This document shows, in pieces, positions 61,801 through 64,000 of a stretch of DNA of 64,000 nt. The notes under the pieces are model-generated. The model worked only from the letters and a program-made list of their open reading frames with translations. It was not told where the DNA came from and made no database searches. Origin of the DNA: an uncultured Eubacteriales bacterium (GTDB lineage: Bacteria > Bacillota > Clostridia > Christensenellales > UBA1242). A program made the translations under genes and the position numbers. The first letter of the stretch is position 1. Every line of letters begins with the position of its first letter. The stretch covers positions 5,512-69,511 of the forward strand of contig CABSCS010000001.1 of assembly GCA_902476355.1 (NCBI GenBank), given 5' to 3'.

Positions 61801-64000
61801 CTGTGATGTTGCCAGCGTGAACATAGTTTCCGTCTGCAACATAACCGTCAACGTTTTTAAGAACTTTTCCGTCTGCTGTTGCAATTTGAACTCCGTTTTC
61901 TGCTTCGGTGAACCAACCAGCGAACTCATATCCATCTGCGGTTGGAGTTGCAAGTGTTGCTTTAAATGCACTGTCATATGTTGCACTGAATGAAGTTTGC
62001 ATTCCAGAAACTGATGAATCAGCAGGAGTGTTTGGTTCGAATGATACAACATAGGTTTTTGCAGTCCAATGAGCAAAGAGTGTAACACTGCCCTTGTCTT
62101 CTGCAGTAAGGTTTTTGTCGGTGTATACAACTTCGTCTGTTCCGTTCTTGTCTTTAAACCAACCAACGAATGTATATCCGGTTGCAGTTGCTTTTCCGAA
62201 TGCATCTGTGCTGATTGCCTCGTCATATTTAACGTTTTCGATGTCAGTAGGAATGTTTTCAACTGTAACGCTTGTGTTTGGTTTGTTGCCATCAAATTTA
62301 ACAGTATAGGTGTGTGCAGTCCATTTAGCGTATACTGTGATGTTGCCAGCGTGAACATAGTTTCCGCCTTTAACATATCCGTCAACGTTTGCAAGAACTT
62401 TTCCGTCAGCTGTTGCAATTTGAACTCCGTTTTCTGCTTCGGTGAACCAACCATTGAATGTATAGCCTGTTCTTGTTGCAAGAGCAAGAGTTGCAAATGC
62501 TTTGTCAAATTTTACAGATACAGAAGCGGTGTCGCACAAACCGCCGTTTGCGTTGAGCGAAACAACATATTCTTTTTCAGTCCATGTTGCTGTAAGTGTT
62601 ACAAGATCGCCGTCAATGTTTGAAAGGCTAGTTGATGTTTCAAGAACAACTTCACCTTTGTCGTCTACATATGCAACAAATGTGTAACCAGTTCTCTCTG
62701 CAACTGGAAGAGTTCCAATTTCAGCGGTATACAAGATGTTTTCTTTTGTTGCGGTCAACTTATCGTCGTCGGCAATTGTCCAGCCATTTGCTTCGGTGAA
62801 CAATCCATCACCAGAAGAGATTGAAACATTATATTTGTTTTCAGTGAAACGAGTGTAAACTGTAACATTTTCAGCACGAACCCATTTTCCGCCAACAATA
62901 TATGAAGCAAGGTCAACAAATGTTCCGTCTGCTGTTGCAAGAAGGCTTCCGGCTGTTGCAGATGTATACCAACCAGCAAATGTATATCCATTTGCTGTTG
63001 GAACAGCACCAACTTCTTTTTTAGTCACATCTCCATCAAATGTCATTGTAACAGATTTAGCAGGCATGTTGTTTACAGATGAATTTGCAAGAGTTACGCT
63101 TGCAAATGAAACTGTATAGGTGTTTGCAGTCCATTTAGCAGTAAGAGTTACGTCGGCATTGCTCATTTCAAGAATTGCACCGTCGGCATAAACAACTGCG
63201 CCATTTGCTTCGGTTGCCCAACCAGCAAATGCGTAACCAGTTCTTGTAAAGCCGTTATCAGCAAGAGCGAATGCAGAACCATAGTAACGATTTTCTGCTT
63301 CCATTTTTCCACCAGTAGCATCTGGGGCTGAATATGTAAGTGTGTATGTAAGTCTTGTATAGTAAAGAGAAACTACAAGGCTTCCATCAGCAGAAATTGT
63401 AAGAGCATTTTCTGCAAGGTTTGTTTTGTATTCAACAAATTGAGCACCTGCAATTGCCACTTTGAATCCTTCAATGCTTGCATCTGTTGCGGTTGTTCCT
63501 TTTCCAGTTGTAGCCATGCTTGAAAGTTCATTATAGGTGTTTGCAAGGTTTTTCTTGTTTGTATCAAGGTTTTGCAAATAATATTTAACTGTGAATTTAG
63601 TGTCAGTGTTTGCAGTGTAACGAGCAACAAGTGTGTGGTGTCCAGCAGTTTTTACTTTTTCACCAGCACTAACTTTTGTTCCGTCAAGATACCATCCTTC
63701 GAATGTGTAACCAGTTTTGGTTGCAACAGGAAGTTCTGGATATACTGCATCGAATGTAACATCAATTTCAGTTGGAGATACCTTTCCTTCTGATGGGTCG
63801 AATGTTACTTTATAGGTGTTTGCAGTGAAGTGTGCATAGAATGTTGTGTTTTCTGTAATTTCAACTCTGTCTGTTGAAACAACTTCTGTTCCATCTTCTT
63901 TTGCTGTGAACCAACCGTCGAATGCGTAACCAACTTTTTCAGCGGTGAGTTCTTCAAGACCTGCATAGGTTCCGTTATATGTAACTACAATTGTTTGGTC
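40874..64000 (-). CDS. Giant repeat protein (>=7,708 aa in window, 5' end beyond window): Listeria-Bacteroides / InlB-B-type repeat arrays with MucBP-like modules and a beta-helix-like C-terminus; probable surface/adhesin-type protein
   Basis: The frame is open from stop 40874-40876 to nt 64000 (23,127 nt = 7,709 codons). By eye there are ~79 copies of the G-[YW]-x-F-x-G-[WFY] signature (e.g. TRTGYTFNGWFTE, SAGYHFVRWTD). The ORF-track TTG at 63577 lies inside a module (..DTKFTVKYY-L-QNLDTNKK..). Confidence 0.95.
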   Translation of the reverse strand, partial: DQTIVVTYNGTYAGLEELTAEKVGYAFDGWFTAKEDGTEVVSTDRVEITENTTFYAHFTANTYKVTFDPSEGKVSPTEIDVTFDAVYPELPVATKTGYTFEGWYLDGTKVSAGEKVKTAGHHTLVARYTANTDTKFTVKYYLQNLDTNKKNLANTYNELSSMATTGKGTTATDASIEGFKVAIAGAQFVEYKTNLAENALTISADGSLVVSLYYTRLTYTLTYSAPDATGGKMEAENRYYGSAFALADNGFTRTGYAFAGWATEANGAVVYADGAILEMSNADVTLTAKWTANTYTVSFASVTLANSSVNNMPAKSVTMTFDGDVTKKEVGAVPTANGYTFAGWYTSATAGSLLATADGTFVDLASYIVGGKWVRAENVTVYTRFTENKYNVSISSGDGLFTEANGWTIADDDKLTATKENILYTAEIGTLPVAERTGYTFVAYVDDKGEVVLETSTSLSNIDGDLVTLTATWTEKEYVVSLNANGGLCDTASVSVKFDKAFATLALATRTGYTFNGWFTEAENGVQIATADGKVLANVDGYVKGGNYVHAGNITVYAKWTAHTYTVKFDGNKPNTSVTVENIPTDIENVKYDEAISTDAFGKATATGYTFVGWFKDKNGTDEVVYTDKNLTAEDKGSVTLFAHWTAKTYVVSFEPNTPADSSVSGMQTSFSATYDSAFKATLATPTADGYEFAGWFTEAENGVQIATADGKVLKNVDGYVADGNYVHAGNITVYAKWIANEYTITFTKNNDKATGADYTQDATYAKEFTLADCTFTYAGYNFMGWATTASGEVQYQSGTEVKNLTKTKAITLYAVWEAKTLTITLDATANGGTCETATITAVFDSVYSNLKGVEATRTGWDFAGWFDAKVDGNQITATTPVTNPENHTLYAHFTINKYQVNISVDPEGKGTTTGAKGYDYNEKVTVTATASDGYHFVKWTENGNEKSKDVEYIFNMPANDVILVAHFEIDTYTVKISKIGATAGGTIGIGELASPEVLTKSGVEFNSTIDLYQKANTGYTFAGWFSDADGNTSLGVTDKNGVATYTVPAQKANGATINLYAKFTENAYNIIFKENVPKNASTTCKGITPGMTLIAYTASVNLEKNNFTLEGYTFTGWNTKADGKGASYVDRQSVSKLSAVNEADVELYAQWSANKYTVSFESEKLTDATVGSMPANIPVTFDSAFVTSISVPVATGYTFTGWFTSTGVAVTNGEGTVNESVAGFITAGKWTLADNATFKARWQANGYTIKFVGKAPATTSNVVKGTMADIPATFATEVTLPANGYTLEGYTFAGWLYNENTYTNGATVKNLTTELDKVVELVSQWTANKYTITFDANVPETATTTVSGSTANLSMTYDQAKALTENGFVLEGYTFAGWTFGENTYANGATVNNLSATNGATVTLKATWTQNDIKVTFNIGAHGSTDTTEKTVKFNGTYGTLPAVTPASGYSFEGWFTEDGTAISETTKVIISTDHTLVARYTASDETKYTIRYEMQDISADGKSLVDGKYTEFDSQVEIGTTDDPANATAVSKYFTNGVFDKTKLPGRTFVEEGSKLTGTIVGEGSLVLVVRFTRDTFDVALDKGTGISAVTGNATYYYGATVQLGATVKAGYTWKNWTGGLDLDAQDATFVLEAKAIALTANATANEYTVTLNAQENGGTPATQTLTVTFDANYTGIDAIKATKTGWIFDGWYTLATGGTKVTDATKVTKPNNHTLYAHFTINDYELILKVLPDEAYGKTTGAGTYNYNKTVAITATANAGYHFVEWQTEAGERVSTSASYEVTIPVNGLTLVARFAKDTYTIKVVKAGATAGGNAGIGEVGTTTTTAEFGSTITLVQNTETGYTFGGFTVETGSVDTDGKYTVPAQTANGATITITATWSENSYTITFDGAKPEGATGTVTGKTEQMTLSFTASKALSANGFVLPGYRFTGWAETKNGAVKYADGATVSGLSSDKDGKVTLYAVWTALTYQVTFNGNAQADSSVAGVPTAKTVTFDGAFGSTIVPVTSTGYTFKGWFTEKENGIMVADATGAVQSNVEGYITAGKWTRVGGTTFFAQWTANKYTVSISANNGTFTAANGWTLNEAKTIATKQVAFAQTLGTLPVAERTGYTFGSYVMGETTITTASKNLASAEGATVSVKATWDANTYTITLNANGGNPLTQTATATYDVALSLTDTVASRVGYDFVGWFTSATAGLAITDNTGKVNATVEGYLVDGKWAHDGNATFYAHWEAHTYSVSFNGNTPAGSDVKDIPSTISGIKYDAQISANALGIPSAPGYKFEGWYTEGGKLVVNTDKNLTSVDGETVVLIARWSEKSDTAYKIETYVKNLTDASTLATTYEKLETENKTGTTNATVNATAISKNFTNGELNLAGYILETDASELKATINPNGTTVLKVYLTREKYTVTLNKETGISAVSGNGEFYFGATINIDATVSAGYTWNGWTGDKTLATKETSFVLGAGNVTLTATATANKYTVTFDANGGNCSTKTMTVTYAETYGTLPEATRTGYTFNGWFTDKTAGTQVEADTPVTITTAQTLYAHWDINQYNLTITVSPADTGTTEGAGTYDYNTAITVKATASAGYHFVRWTDAEGEKSTKAEYKFNMPAGDYALTAVFDKNVYTVKVSAIGTGTAGATIGIGASGTTSATANYLDNVNLYATASNGYTFNGWFVDANGATALTVKAGTGYNIYQVTNTIANNGTINLYAKFTANVYTVKFNANGATVASAIADMTATFGGSIAIPTVTNKYSKTGYTFIGWNTDSAATKEIAALVGTIDVSTLVREVGLETPYAPATITLYAIWKANTYIVNYVTAGGTSITSVTATYNEAYAFGTTSRVGYTFAGFTATGLNTATAKYGDGTTWTAWSNGTTAVTADKFMNLASEQGAIVVLTAKWNANTNTKYTVKHFTENLDGTWEEADSVKHTGTTASTVDLASVKTTYEGFTYSRYTTNLTENALTISADGNLVISLYYTRNSYSVRFNANKPAGTAGSVSGLNANINGVKYGAALASSELATPSLVGYTFAGYNTQANGKGTVVTYESTSLTAENGAIVDVYATWTAKQYKVIFNGNAPAGVSTVGNIPTTITATYDEDISANELGKATATGYTFQSWNTKKGGTGDEVLATSRNLSTGADVTIYAQWTANKYAVTLYTYVKVGDGEATESAVGGTVTGAGSIDFNATATIKATELAGYHFVGWYTGKGVSTQFATTATATTDKMTTSGLVYTALFEANTYTVIFDAVDGLIGESKTVSSVLVYSREYAGFAALHPGLTPKKAGYDFDYFTKADGSTVLASATLKNLTTENGGTVTLSAHYTIHSNYTLEVEAVNGTASITKVNGTALTTAVSSKDGIIYGTATTVTATKVKGYHFDGWYVSSVATANKIAGAGETYNFNMPALTKNNETYKLIASYVADEYTLSISVVTRVNGKADTNVGGTVTGAGKYKFGTSATVSATANTGYTFAGWFTNANCTTSATVTSGKYAIPAQDKNGATITIYALFTANGYNVTFNANGGIPETGSKTVYYNSTYGTLNTVTRSGYYFTSWNTAKDGSGETVTATTKVTITADQTLYAQWRENTYRITFDGITGTTTKTYTESFTTNSGADINTANAGYHIVGWSLTKATAGSGSAIYGLNATVTVTDLATKAGKLAGNTAGYDITLYPIYSANTYTIEYASNYPTFAGAQTNTTQTQTGITYSASGKVTLKGAIFTYTGATLKGWRLDDAKTYALSASVDVATILEDAGLLNTNGGKVTLSAIWEQNKYALTITNKFVGADNKLTVGTDGGSVSGAGSYYYTQSTTLTISPATGYKFVGFFTDADCTSAYTTGLTKVSDTEYTFKMPASKATIYAKFAIQTYTLTIKNYTQYGSETATLSDAGFASLGGLTFTGSAGTYTAQVTFGQTASITATAKSGYTFAGWFTGTGTSGTKTTGTLKTAAMTTAGLTYTALYTANSYTLTLKAYVKVGTDGTPTESALGGSVSGAGSVILTKTATITASVNDGYSFVGWFVGTDFTKTATSKELSMTTAAMTTAGQTYSALFETKAYTVTVSAGVGGTARIGTTGSTLNATFNVVDSDLNAQKVTVSATENEGYTFEGWYNVKGSTETKISGAGRQYTFTMPADNVTLKSKFTINQYDLTVKVQTRFGNTIEASGDGVLGGTVKIGSGTAGTSVTAGIDYNATTTITATANSGYTFVGWYKGVVSGNPIATTATMTTTAMTTAGQNYFALFESKTYDINIYSYAITGSSIALKAMGISIKSDYVTTSGIVTTIKMPLKKTATMTAPTVTGYTFTKWVAGRGTTGTEVASSNGVATTQAQASIPTSALEYSAVYTANSYTVTISKGTGVKSVSYSTNLNGTTGSEKTFTVYFGETVTLTGTVSTGYYNIAYSATGVTISSGSYTHNIASDLTITVSATIKTFGVTTSATPTAGGNAYVGATGTGASANYNYGASVTVRAIATTGYHFTGWYVGETKVSDDLTHTFTMQDIGANGSKYNLVAHFAQNTYNVEVGSATYGYNETDAKHELSSTLVGGTVSGNATGVVYGKTATVNATASAGYAFIGWFENANCTGSAVSTSASYSPTLNNSLTYVSNGTNQGTYRLYAKFQENTYKFAYKNGTTALATSGVKAFTGSYTVNNGVTKTGYTLAGWNITHATTKAVTLVTNNKAYTVNDLATYAGVTAGSASTITIELVAKWTANTYTVTFNPNGGTVVGDKTKEVTYNANYGTLPTATLAGYEFASWNTAKDGTGTTISASTKVQITGAQTLYAQYTIHEYTLSVGVTTENGKALGSAYITNAKGSAITGTSTTTLTDVQYNSSVTVKAVASVAGYHFTGWTSTVSGIASDSAEYTFTMPAMAKGATLTLTANFAVDEYTVTLVSKTFSNGSSSTFVGGRVGFGAITNETSPSQTLKFGASAELYARANAGYSFVGWFTNEACTTSAGVTTSAVQSDYKGTYTATAHSNGASYKLYAKFEANKVAYTVEHYDEKVDGTYPTTASRTTTGLTAFTDSTVTATNTPLTGFSVDTTKTGTSNTGRVAGDGSTVLKVYYKRNSYTLTLKKGTGIDTVTGAGSYKYGASVTINATMLAGYDWSKWTNGSSGSLTPELTTFAPRRSKLTNSSSDFSTTKNCTFTMPANDLTLTANATAHTYTVTLNKVGGTGGTDTISATYNTTISAITAPSKTGNTFLGYFTEEGGKGTKYFNANGSVNKDAVTTWTITSNITLYANWSVNGYTVTVSGIEADGGSVTGAGTYNYGSTVTITATANTGWSFGGWFTNNTLTTAASNSTVGGTVYKPTDTTYKFTMPAGNVSYFAKFTINAYEVSVTTKYQSAKDATTLNAVATGETGGTVAISGTTATINGKTCYIYNSVVTLTATAKTGYTFAGWFNASGTQVYNDTTKKLATVYTFNMGAENATYTAKFVANKVQVSVGAEYKKATSATVLPTTYTAGTTGGTISLAKVLANATVGDTTTATSVTGGYVFYGTTTSVTNAPATGFVFETYAIGSTTFTSGTTSAIRSATTITARFASKQYTITATAYFKNVGGSITAGTTGGTVSGTSKIYHGFGTEFTASAATGYTFKGWYTAVPTDSATASETAVKYTIASVTANATVYAYFTQNQYTVTVSAETATAKDASSLNTYTTSTDGGNAYIGATGTALSATFTHGLKATLRAVAKDGYSFIAWYNAGGTNIATTATAEVTVTASTSYSARFQANKYTLTLVARFASAKDATTLNAIANDTDATAYSAFAGGGSFYPGKAVTLTATAKSGYVFKGWFTNAACSSAATVSGTSYSGLVIGGTTLYGYFEQARYQVTVGTFGTGTGSVKIAKVLTSATGTATSSNATTGYIFHGKVAELTATVGTGSNFNGWFTSTTEATAESTNASYSPTISASKTFYAKFTLMSLGVSLEQRYQVASSATALDSTLGSGTAGGALTGAGAYNYGATVKVKATANSGYTFVGWFDNAACTGTAKSTTAEYSFTMGTSSVSLYAYFTLNKYTLSLTAQFKKATSATEIPSAYTTGTTGGTVSGGGSYYPGKAVTLTATPATGFSFVGWYNASGTSLSTSTSYSFSGLAVGGTTVYARFESTRMSLSYIMLARTANSVNTVTSGDNGSNCGTVKISVAPIYYGFATTFTATPTDNYIFRGWYSMSDTSTCLSTDATYEISSVTENLTLIAMFEQKAYKVSVVVRGITSTASTTLTTGVGGTASVTTTQYSVNGNTGYFAGYEVTLSATASTGYTFDAFYTTSACTSSTKLSGNKYTTVNANSTVYAKFIINSYIINATARYQSAINAVGLGPLTTGTTGGTVSGGGSYDYNASVTLKATAKTGYRFVGWFNNEECTGTASSTSASFTFKVSGNATYYAKFVQSQVIVSVLTKYRTASGINTLGDLTVGTTGGTISATSDSTIYYGQSITFTADPASGYTFVGWFNSSNASVGTDTTYTASEVKANIFGIYAKFVKTPLTGVSAHVGTVKGGTAKVDTAKYSGEVTGWFAGYNMTISASATTGYTFKGWYNTEACSGTAVSTSASYTFKLSADTNKAYYALFELNSYSVSVVTQFKTATSSNTLPASYSTGTAGGTVSGTGTFTHGTKVTLTASAKTGYTFVGWFPSVSETSASGTGTTYTISSLTGATTMYARFEQTNYTVTIKAFYQSPASATTLGSLTLGTTGGTLSGSFALSNSNGTYTVSVYHGVSITFTATPATNYQIAGWYSTGDCTGSSLGTSATLARTISGTSTFSVKFVAKAYALSLAVRYRSATSATALGDIATDTTGIAGTVTGAGSYYVSKTVSLTATAKTGYVFVGWYSDSACSSLLATGSTTSSYTYTTGASAKTIYAYFEQAKYLVTLTSRYQAATSATALGTLTTGETGGYARIASALNASGTVVTSVASGYIYHGQNATISATAKTSVTISSVSRNFTFAGWFSNEACTTSTTGGSRTITGNTTLYAKFVNATFTINASAYFKNATSATTLGSLTSGTDGGTATGGTFYHGFTGTATASAKTNYKLVGWYSNTACTSTASASVAGTAGSTTNRYALFEPDTYNVTWHPNGGAWQSASGSFIYRAQPEISTSNYKTISYYKTWTGTIAFPTEPTRTGYGYVFAGWFTASTGGTQVTTATVYSLNGGTVDKSFYAHWLKEITVSDYYRTPQAMHAGTSATASFGSSRTSAQASEGGSITLTATSRTPNYIFVGWYSTAEYTGTALSTSTEYTLTNANITAGMTVYAIYKPDSKQATVKTYTLGGASVYSNTATGLTGTVVKIGSETVTTISALSGTFTAYYGGSYVLTTTASTYYEVKGFIAGSTTTPTESSSLTKAGSSYTVSAYSTTNIQTLIRGVELTITYNANGLTGVTMPTSVKARYGTTVSGTYGFNAYADTAETYKHTGWSATASGSVAYTRTDANYKSTATYSFTLSTSIATVNKTAKTATIYASKSTPAIWVKYSNASGVLALDSAPRGAASFTAVKTTISGLSGLTAVNAVLKANLTLGGDFSATSISGSFTLTGSGKTLTFASGNRFFTATTTNIHTITLTGDVCFKVASGKTLNIGNSSATSNTTVISSAAPSATSNETKSIFVVNGGTLNIHRTSITNYTVGASGGNGGIVYATNSAKVTTSYLTVSGGTANGNSLFYINSSTMGMTNCNITVATASSSFNGIFYNEKSSLTLTGGSINANGQRVVYEVGDTTSATTTISGTTIVGSAS
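40877..41680 (-). other. Non-repeat C-terminal ~268 aa of the giant protein (beta-helix / PMP-repeat-like, no anchor motif)
   Basis: STPAIWVKYSNASG...GSGKTLTFASGNRFF...VVNGGTLNIHRTSITNYTVGASGGNGGIVYATNSAKVTTSYLTVSGGTANGNSLFYINSS...TLTGGSINANG...TIVGSAS*. No LPxTG, no terminal TM, no GW/SLH/choline-binding repeats seen. Confidence 0.6.
42870..48500 (-). repeat. Near-continuous array of ~75-80-aa InlB-B-type (divergent) repeat modules within the giant gene
   Basis: Repeating pattern ..Y.V.V......GG.V.G.G.Y..G..VTLTA.A..GY.F.GW[FY].....C[TS]........Y.F....... .LYA.F... read module after module in the translation. Confidence 0.8.
56571..61530 (-). repeat. Two consecutive ~826-codon, 10-module super-repeats inside the giant gene (a third copy starts at ~56,570)
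   Basis: The homologous anchor HTLYAHFTIN (DNA ..GTGAAGTGAGCATA[A/G]AGTGTGTGG..) begins at 61311 and 58827, an offset of 2,484 nt. The related anchor (GAGCATAGAGTGT) at 58840 and 56365 gives an offset of 2,475 nt. Module order is the same in each unit. Boundaries are approximate. Confidence 0.75.
61787..62453 (-). repeat. 133-bp near-identical direct repeat pair inside the giant gene (61787-61919 and 62321-62453)
   Basis: Aligned by eye there are 7 mismatches in 133 bp, and the offset of 534 nt (178 codons) is in frame. The copies encode GWFTEAENGVQIATADGKVL[A/K]NVDGYV[KG/AD]GNYVHAGNITVYAKW. Confidence 0.85.

Noticed and set aside
63572-63577. TTG at 63575-63577 given by the ORF track as the start of the 7,567-aa ORF
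   Set aside because: The same frame stays open upstream to nt 64000, and the TTG encodes an internal Leu in the middle of a MucBP-like module (..KFTVKYY-L-QNLDT..). No SD precedes it. It is only the first ATG/GTG/TTG in the window.
41251-63793. Dozens of 60-304-aa ORFs inside the giant gene on the plus strand or in other minus frames (e.g. 61100-61993 +, 61594-62508 -, 58691-59302 +, 52291-52695 -)
   Set aside because: They are shadow ORFs created by the biased, repetitive codon content (few stop-prone triplets). Their products are Cys-rich or Gln/Leu-rich low-complexity strings without SDs, and all are fully contained in the long ORF.
40874-64000. Regular sequence periodicity that could be mistaken for a CRISPR array or satellite
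   Set aside because: The period is ~230-270 nt and imperfect, lies entirely within one open reading frame, and encodes recognisable protein modules. There are no short identical direct repeats with unique spacers.
1-64000. Mobile elements, prophage, defence or toxin-antitoxin systems, tRNA/rRNA genes
   Set aside because: I saw no integrase, transposase, recombinase, phage structural, restriction or Cas-like sequences in any ORF. No tRNA-like T-loop/acceptor pattern appears in the intergenic regions. RadC and ASCH occur here as isolated housekeeping-context genes.

Overview
This is a low-GC chromosomal window of Firmicutes/Clostridia type from an apparent endospore former (gerA-type germinant receptor operon, LtaS, rpsF-ssb-rpsR). 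Positions 1-40,000 hold about 36 tightly packed, mostly minus-strand housekeeping and envelope genes. They include an ABC fusion protein plus permease; a divergent glycerol module (glpK plus a TrxR-like flavoprotein lacking NADPH motifs, facing an FAD G3P-dehydrogenase-like gene, a second flavin oxidoreductase and DUF1667); and galE, LemA-DUF2207, radC, an ABC-F ATPase and an ASCH protein. The remainder are a split aconitase-X pair, a P-type ATPase, a GNAT, a metallophosphoesterase, an ITP/XTPase, an aspS(type 2)-asnS tandem, RNHCP, dagK-ltaS and a SHOCT membrane protein. I saw no rRNA, tRNA, CRISPR array, transposase, integrase or recognisable defence gene. The outstanding feature is 40,874-64,000: one uninterrupted minus-strand ORF of at least 7,708 codons that is still open at the window edge, so the ORF-track TTG start is an artefact. 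It is built from roughly 80 Listeria-Bacteroides / InlB-B-type repeat modules and 5 MucBP-like modules, organised into higher-order super-repeats of about 826 codons. It ends in a non-repeat, beta-helix-like C-terminus of about 270 aa with no recognisable cell-wall anchor. Downstream lie a strong terminator hairpin and a 970-bp gene-free tract containing a perfect 26-bp inverted repeat. All family assignments come from reading motifs by eye; no database search was possible.
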